Below the pieces are notes generated by a model that ran no database searches, was not told the origin of the DNA, and worked only from the letters and a program-made list of their open reading frames with translations. Position numbers and translations under genes: made by a program. Of a DNA stretch of 19,002 nt, positions 11,931 to 19,002 are shown in pieces (positions within the stretch are counted from its first letter, which is position 1; every line of letters starts with the position of its first letter). Origin of the DNA: Ginkgo biloba (lineage: Eukaryota; Plantae; Ginkgophyta); NCBI GenBank assembly GCA_024626585.2, contig JANKJI020000001.1, positions 7,144,342 to 7,163,343 on the forward strand, written 5' to 3'.

Positions 11931-13029
11931 TACTAGCAAAGGCAAGAAAACAACAATGTTGCACCTCAACAATGGCTAACAAGATGGCATAGGACGAGAA
12001 AGTGACGTTAGCATAACTTTAAGTGGATGACTCAAGCACTAGTGTGAAAATGTGGCCAACTCATGTCTGGCAAAGATAGGATAAAGTCTAGCATTATCCA
12101 ATGCATTTCCTTTAAGTGAAGTTAAGAAGATAATCTATGAGAGTTGATTGTATTTCCCCCCAATCATGAGGCATTGGGAATTATTTTTGCTATGTAAGGA
12201 TTTGGAGGAGTGTCAGTTTATTGTTTGACACCTTTCCAATATATCATATCAGTTTAAGAAAATACCTGAAGGAAAACAACCTAGTTTTTGTGGCTTTAAG
12301 GTGCCATGTTGTGACCCAAGTCACAACTAAATAATATNNNNNNNNNNNNNNNNNNNNNNNNNNNNNNNNNNNNNNNNNNNNNNNNNNNNNNNNNNNNNNN
12401 NNNNNNNNNNNNNNNNNNNNNNNNNNNNNNNNNNNNNTAAGTATGGAAGGGGGGGGTTCTACGTGTAACATGTCCCACATAGGCTATATATATGGATAAT
12501 TTCCTCTTATTTTTACTAATCAAATGTGGAAACAAACCTTATGTATTAATCATTCATTAAATGAACATATACCATGGAGCACTCAACAACTTGTATCACT
12601 AGTATTTTAGGTAGTGAGCATGAGTGACAACATGCTTGATATTACATTAAAATTTATGACACTGTTATATATTTATTTCAAGTTGGGGGTGACACTCATA
12701 AGTATGTTTTATCCCCATATGGATCTACACTCCAAATCACTTTATGTTTATCATCATATGACCATCAATAGATAATGACTTTGAATTTTGATGTTTTAGA
12801 TAGACCATAGGGTTTGTCATCTTTGTATCATTATATCTATGGGTATGTATTACATCATATGTAGGCACCTAGCATCTCTCATTTTTTCCACTTACAAACT
12901 CTTATTTTCTTGATCACTTTTTATCTTAGGCATATAATCACTTTTCTATATGTAGGAATCAATTCATCTTTAGATGAGTGGGTTACTATAGTGACCCAAA
13001 TGGGTTTCACTACTTAAATTCACTCACAA

Positions 13030-13823
13030 TGATGTAAAACACATATACATAATAGTATATACATGAGATTCATGCATAATAGAATGAAAATCCATGCCAC
13101 AAAGGCAAATAGATTGACGTGTTTTGGACTGAAGGATCGTTTAACAACAATCCAAGAGAATGCAATTGAAAGACTTCAATCATCAAGGTACAATCAAGGT
13201 GGAACTTTGAAGTCTGTATAATGAGTTTTATAGCTAATGGATGTTTTGAATGGATAGAATAGTAAGGGGGAATCTTCCTAACAATCTATGTAACTTGAAG
13301 GAACTAGATAGAAGGTTAGATTTTGTGAGTTCTATGTTTAATCATAAGGAAAGAAGACAAGAATTAGAAGATGCATAACGCTCACTAGAATTCTTGAATT
13401 TCTCAATCTTACATAAAGAGAAGAATCACATCTCCATTCCATTAATAATGAATTGAAAAACCCTAGTAAATACTTCTAAAGAAAAGTTAAATTTAACAAT
13501 AGAAAATGGAAACCCTAATTCTAAATAGGAAACTGACTATGATTTGCTTGTGTGGATCAATATAGCTAATCACTTGCTAATTACCTTATTCTAAATAGGA
13601 AATTGATTATGATTCTCATGTGGATCAAAATAGCTAATCACTAACTATTTAAATCTAATTAATGCCTAATCTAAGATTTATTTACTCACATAAAAATTAT
13701 TCGTTAACTAAGTGCATCATAGGCCATAGTTACAAAAAAATAAAATGAAAATGAGTGAGTAAATAATCAAAATATGGATGTGACGTGCAGGAGGATGTGC
13801 AAAGATGGGTGCATGACACATCA
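13030..13823 (-). mobile_element. 3' LTR (~794 bp) of a Ty3/gypsy element
   Basis: Termini form a 6-bp inverted repeat TGATGT...ACATCA (13030-13035 / 13818-13823). It abuts a degenerate PPT (aagcaagtaggaa on minus, 13837-13825) and the integrase end. TATA-like ctataaaa on minus at 13233-13226, ~200 bp from the distal end. The 13030 boundary is inferred from the inverted repeat only. Confidence 0.65.
13514..13651. repeat. Two-copy ~70-bp tandem duplication within the LTR U3
   Basis: cctaattctaaataggaaactgactatgat...tgtggatcaatatagctaatcact (13514-13583) versus ccttattctaaataggaaattgattatgat...tgtggatcaaaatagctaatcact (13584-13651). Confidence 0.9.
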
Positions 13824-13837
13824 ATTCCTACTTGCTT

Positions 13838-14288
13838 AAATTGTAATGGTCTCCATTGTGTTCGACACTAAGTGAGGAAAAAGCTTCTTCACTTGATGAA
13901 GGGAGTACCAACCCTGGTACCAACGAAACTACTTTAGAAATTAGCCCTTCTTACCCCCTAGGTAGGATGTAGAAGAATTAGTACGTGTAGTTCGTATCTT
14001 AGTGTCAAAGAGAGTATCTTGTTGTAGAGGTGGCTAAAAATTTGGAATGGATCTCTCGGGGTGATCAACCTATTGCAAAGCAACTCAAGTGGTCATCTCA
14101 TTCTTCAAAGGAGGAGGCTCATATAAATTGAGACGATCCACATTGAGAACAGGGCTGATGCTCAAGTATGGTGGGAGATTATTCTCAAAAGAACTAGGAC
14201 CAACCTTCCAAAGAATGGTATAAGGCCCACAACGAAGAGTTTTCAATTTGTGATGATGTTGTGACTAAAACCATCGCTTCTCTAAGTT
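13838..14288 (-). pseudogene. Ty3/gypsy integrase C-terminus (GPY/F module plus downstream domain)
   Basis: HHKLKTLRCGPYTILWKVGPSSFENNLPPYLSISPVLNVDRLNLYEPP (GPY at 14228-14220), then IPNF*PPLQQDTLFDTKIRTTRTNSSTSYLGGKKG*FLK*FRWY...KLFPHL, running into the PPT. Confidence 0.85.
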
Positions 14289-14569
14289 AACCTATAAGCA
14301 ACCTGCTTCAATATGAAACACAAAAACACTCAACACAAGATTTCGCAACACAATAAACACTTTCTCATTAAGCCAATCCACTTGGAGGGTGGAAACATCC
14401 CAATACAATATTGCTCAATACAAAAGATATCCCAAAGGATTTACATGAGAATACTTATAGTAGAGATTCNNNNNNNNNNNNNNNNNNNNNNNNNNNNNNN
14501 NNNNNNNNNNNNNNNNNNNNNNNNNNNNNNNNNNNNNNNNNNNNNNNNNNNNNNNNNNNNNNNNNNNNN

Positions 14570-14935
14570 TTATAAATATGGACCTACCACTTGTCTCTCC
14601 CATACGTAACATAATTAACCATAGTTATATATAATAATTGCGAAAATAATATGCCATCCCCTCTTAACATACCTCTCCCTTAAGGCATAAGTTTCCATGA
14701 GATTTTTCTTTTATAATTCCACTACTTGTAATCTATGAATATACCTTTATTATAATTACATTCCTCCCCTTCTTGAAATTATTTTCCTTCAAAGCATCAG
14801 ATGGTACATCCTTCTATCTTCATGTCTCATTAGCATTCTTCTTCATTGGGATCCTTCCATTTTGGATTATTCCTCGGACGTTTTCTCTTCATGAAGTTAA
14901 ACCAATATTCTATTGATGTTTGTATGTAGTCTCTC
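14570..14935 (-). mobile_element. Second gypsy 3' end: decayed chromodomain-like end, PPT and start of LTR
   Basis: The minus strand reads ttgaaggaaaataatttc-aagaaggggaggaa-TGTAAT: a pure purine tract at 14774-14761 directly followed by TG at 14760. Upstream IEYWF...PKWKD weakly resembles the chromodomain EYLVKW...ATWE. The putative LTR runs toward the gap ending at 14569. Confidence 0.55.
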
Positions 14936-15384
14936 CATTTGACTTCATGATGGTGAGGGTGCATATACTGTTCTGCCTTCTTGTTCTTTTCTTCTTCTTC
15001 TTTCACTATGGCTGATGTGTTTTAATGAGATTTTTCTTACCCATTTGTCATNNNNNNNNNNNNNNNNNNNNNNATTTTGTATCTTATCATGGGCTCCAAT
15101 CTCTTCTCGATATGATTTGGCACAACTCTCTATCATATCATTAATATGGTATAGCTTGTTGTTTTATGTTCTTCACTTTAGTGTTTAGTCATGCTATCAT
15201 GATAAACATCCTAATAGTTCACCTTGGTTATTCTCCTTGTGATGTTCTTGTCTATTATAGGGGTTTGGCTATTTTATTTCTTGTTTCCTTTACACCATAT
15301 ATGTTGTAATNNNNNNNNNNNNNNNNNNNNNNNNNNNNNNNNNNNNNNNNNNNNNNNNNNNNNNNNNNNNNNNNNNNNNNNNNA

Positions 15385-16260
15385 TAACCTATATGAACTA
15401 GAAATCACTAATACTCCCTTAGGGTTATTAGGTGGTTCCATATTCATAATGAATGTATCTTGTTAGGATCTATCTTCAATTCCCATGCACATACCACCTG
15501 TCCAAGCAAATTTTTGCTTGATACCAAAAACTAACATTTTTCCAAATCTAGTGTCAATTGTTTTTTTTTTGTAGATTTTTATGCATTCCTTCATAGCTTC
15601 TAAATGTGTAGGTATCACACCATATGCAGACTAATCATGAAGATATACTTTCACCTTTCTAGTGGATAATTTACCAAATAGTATCAAGATTATCATCTAA
15701 AATGTTGTTGAGGCATTGCATAATCCCAAAGGCATCTTGTTGTATTCATAAATGACATTTTTTAAAATAAATTTTATTTTCAATCTATCCTTGTCTGTGA
15801 TATTAATCTAGTTATATCTTAAGAATCTGTTGAGGAGTGAATAGATCTTATGCCACACTAATTCTTCTAAAGTTTTGTTGGTGAAGGGAAGGGGTCTTTC
15901 TTTGTTACTGTATTTAACTTCTAGAAATCCACACAAATACATAGCTTACCAATTTCCTTTGGAGAAATAAAAATGGGTGAAACCCAATCAATGGTGGCCA
16001 CTTTGAAAATTATTTCATCTTTTATCATCTTCATTATTTCTTGCTCCACTTATGCTATATATGTTTTAATCATATGGTATGGAAGTCATTTTATTGGCTT
16101 AACATCCGATAAAAGTTCAATCTTATATTTGTAGAGTGCCTTCAAGACTTCTTTCAAATCATTATACATCCATGCAATACATATTTATCATCTCAAAATA
16201 TATTTATGGCCACAATAATAAGAGTAAGATGCTATGAGCTACCAATAGATATGTTCTTGG
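15385..16260 (-). pseudogene. Ty3/gypsy reverse transcriptase, degenerate
   Basis: Ordered motifs: WVSPI (15986-15972), GKLCICVDF*KLNTVTKKDPFP (15950-~15885), IYSLLNRFLRYN* (cf. YSFLDGFSGYNQ), YEYNKMPLGLCNASTTF (15750-~15700), VYLHD (YLDD box, 15648-15634) and IDPNKI..MNMEPPNNPK..FLVHIGY (~15475-15385). Confidence 0.95.
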
Positions 16261-16834
16261 GATCTTCCTCCATTGCCAAATTAACATCAATCACCTTTGG
16301 TCCTTCTTATGAGATTACCTCCTTGTTGGAAAATGAATAGGCTAGTGTAGTCATAATAATTTCTTCTCTAAACTAGAATTAAAAAAATGTGGGAAATAAT
16401 CTCCATTTTCATTCTTCTTTATTATGCTTACTCTCTACTCTCTACAATTATGCTTATTTGTTACACTATTTACACTCACAACTTGGTTGTTACTTTCTTT
16501 CTAAGCAATAGTTACCTAAAAGCATCTAGGTGAAAACATTCCATATTCTTCTAATTTCTAGTGCATTAGATCATTGTTTGAAATAATATCATCTTGAGAA
16601 TAAGGATCTAATATTAGCACCATGTCCTTAGTGGGATTGTATGGTATGTTCTCAGATGGTTTTTCATCTCCAAAGGTCTTTATTTTTTTATTATCTTCCT
16701 CATTTTATTCCTCCTCTGAACTAGNNNNNNNNNNNNNNNNNNNNNNNNNNNNNNNNNNNNNNNNNNNNNNNNNNNNNNNNNNNNNNNNNNNNNNNNNNNN
16801 NNNNNNNNNNNNNNNNNNNNNNNNNNNCTTTTTT

Positions 16835-17130
16835 GTTATATCCATTATTCTCCAAGTAATCCAGGGTATGAGGGTGCCTCTTGATGAATTAGAATGGCCA
16901 TAAATTCTACTATAAAACTCTAGCTTGATATATTAATTATGTGTCCCATTAAGAGACCTCTTGGTTCTACTCGACTTTGATCTGCCATCCTTAATCTAAA
17001 TTTTTTGGCCAAAGTGTTGGTTAGCCTAATTCTTTCCATACCATATCCAAAATAATATTCACACTAAATCCATCATCAATAATGGTTTGTCTTAGGATTT
17101 TATCCATAACTCTTGCCATAATCTTTGTGG
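16835..17130 (-). pseudogene. Ty3/gypsy aspartic protease, degenerate
   Basis: QTIIDDGFSVNII (~17089-17051, cf. IIDGGSGVNI), WKELG*P, VEPRGLL and YPGLLGE*W (16868-16842, cf. YPALLGRPW). Lies upstream of RT on the same strand. Confidence 0.85.
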
Positions 17131-17604
17131 GCTAATATTCCCCTATAGAGAGTGAATCAACATCCAAAAGGTTTTTCACTATGTTATTCCTCCTAATTAG
17201 CTTCCTTATGACTATACATTCTTCTATGATGGTTGTGTGTGTATATTTTTCCCTTTGAGTGTTAGTAAAAATTCTTATCAAGCTATGAATTGTATTAAAT
17301 AAATCCATAAAATTTTTTAAAACCTCTAACTAGAGAGTTATTTTCACTAAATTAGCTTTTGATGTTTTTCATTGTCCTCTAATTTTCTCTACTTGATTGC
17401 TTGTGCTTCAGATATCTGGATTTTATATTTTATCCATTGCCCCACCTCTTGATATTTTTCTCCATTTTCTTGAGAATCTTCAGGAATTTCTTGTGATACA
17501 ATCTCTCTTGGGGGGGGTCATTCTTTTATAATTTTTGGATAGTCTTTATCACATCCTATAACCATTCCTTATAAACTATAATCTCATGGTATTTTTAATC
17601 TCCT

Positions 17605-17770
17605 TTACTTTGAGTCTGTATAGTGTATATTGTTTCTTCCTTTGTGGGTTCCACGCATATAAGATGGGATTATTTATCCTTATTATTAGGACATTCCCAT
17701 TAGTATGATATCCTATCCCACAACATATACACAAGATCATTCCACCCTAGACTTGATGTGGGTAATCCTT
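17605..17770 (-). pseudogene. Gag C-terminal fragment (last zinc knuckle), copy B, contiguous with PR-RT
   Basis: KDYPHQV*GGMILCICCGIGYHTNG/ECPNNKDK*SHLICVEPTKEETIYTIQTQSK shows CX2CX4HX4C spacing with one frameshift. Confidence 0.7.
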
Positions 17771-17924
17771 NNNNNNNNNNNNNNNNNNNNNNNNNNNNNN
17801 NNNNNNNNNNNNNNNNNNNNNNNNNNNNNNNNNNNNNNNNNNNNNNNNNNNNNNNNNNNNNNNNNNNNNNCTTGACTCCATGGGACCAAACACTATCCCT
17901 CCAATGGTTCGGATGGCACATCAT

Positions 17925-19002
17925 TTGTACGGCACCTAAGTCTTCCTCTTTGATTAGTTCCGTTTGAACAAGGTGAGCCACTTTGTCTTTTTGCTTCGAG
18001 CAACTATTATCATCATGATCTCCAGGCACCATCTACACAACATTGCACTACCTTGATTTTGATGTGAGAATTCCTTAGCAAGATGCCCCCACTCTTGAAA
18101 TTTATAACATTGGACAATCGTCCCCCCTATTATATTAGCATTTACATTTGACCCTCAAGTATCTCGGTTTGTCCTTTAGTTCTTCAAGTAAGAATTTCTA
18201 TAATGATTCTCTTATTGTGAATTTTCTCTACCTTTCTTTAGGAGAGATATTGTATCATAGACAAAGTATCTCTTGAATCCCATGTCCTTCCCTTATTTTT
18301 AACATTATAATTACATTCATTCGTACTATAATTTTCTTACTTTACGAATATCACAATAATTACAAGATTTAAGGCACTCTCCTTCAAGGTGATCATCTAA
18401 CTTGTATTTGGAATACCAAACATATTTCTATTCTTTCTTATTATTGATCAAGATTTATTTTATTATTACCATCATGTCTTGCCTTAAGGATACAATCATC
18501 GATGGTGGATGATTTTTCACAATAAGACTTAGTATTATCCCCCATCTTTAGATTTTATGATCTATTGATGGGTTTATCATGTGATGTTGGTGTAGTAATT
18601 TTTAATTTCTTCTCATACTTAGGTAGAATACCCTCTATAAACCACTATTGTCTTAGTCCTTCTATTACCTAGATATCTATTTTTTTTATAAGTGCCTTCA
18701 GTCATCTGTGATATAGATGGAAAATTTCTCCCTTTTCCTATTTGAAGTTGTAGATATTGTTTAAAACTTCTCTATCATCCCTAAGTAACTTGAGTTCTTT
18801 CTCAAATTCCTTCCTCAATGATTGTTAGTATTTGAAGTTGTTTATAGGAAACTCTTTACACCAATCATTGGTTATGTCCTATTAAGTTATAAGAAATTCA
18901 TTCAATCAATAATAAACTTCCATCCTTCCCAACAAATACCATATCTCTCACCATTTGTAGACAAGTAAACCTTCAACATCAAATTGCACCTTTTATTATC
19001 CC
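17925..19002 (-). pseudogene. Ty3/gypsy Gag (capsid plus four CCHC zinc knuckles), degenerate, runs off the window
   Basis: Capsid part LRKEFEKELKLLRDDREVLNNIYNFK*EKG...GLRQ*WFIEGI (~18820-18625). Knuckle remnants at 18418-18374, 18355-18313, 18109-18068 and 18037-18000. Confidence 0.85.

Noticed and set aside
14650-14690. Additional PPT-like tracts on minus (aagggagagg-ta-tgttaag; aagagggga)
   Set aside because: No adjacent coding motif or partner terminus; may simply be sequence inside the LTR that starts at 14760.

Overview
AT-rich, strongly CpG-depleted eukaryotic DNA with many assembly gaps, including four 100-N gaps that are probably of unknown size. It reads as intergenic DNA of a large plant genome; gymnosperm-like is my inference from the retroelement protein motifs. 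I find no intact host gene, and the ORF track is mostly N-gap artefacts or antisense read-through of decayed elements. The window is a stack of degenerate retroelements. From left to right: a minus-strand Ty3/gypsy gag-protease relic (~200-2090); a very decayed Ty1/copia-like integrase (~4090-4920); an RNase H-like relic interrupted by a young 5'-truncated tRNA-type SINE with a perfect 14-bp target-site duplication (9345-9515); a ~155-bp degenerate tandem array (~11372-11930); a ~794-bp LTR still attached to its PPT and integrase C-terminus (13030-14288); a second gypsy 3' end (~14570-14935); and a large minus-strand gypsy gag-PR-RT relic (15385-19002) whose Gag had four CCHC knuckles. I see no convincing new biological system. 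The best leads are the SINE, the multi-knuckle Gag with its duplicated end, and the tandem array. All translations, alignments and counts were done by eye; no database search was run.
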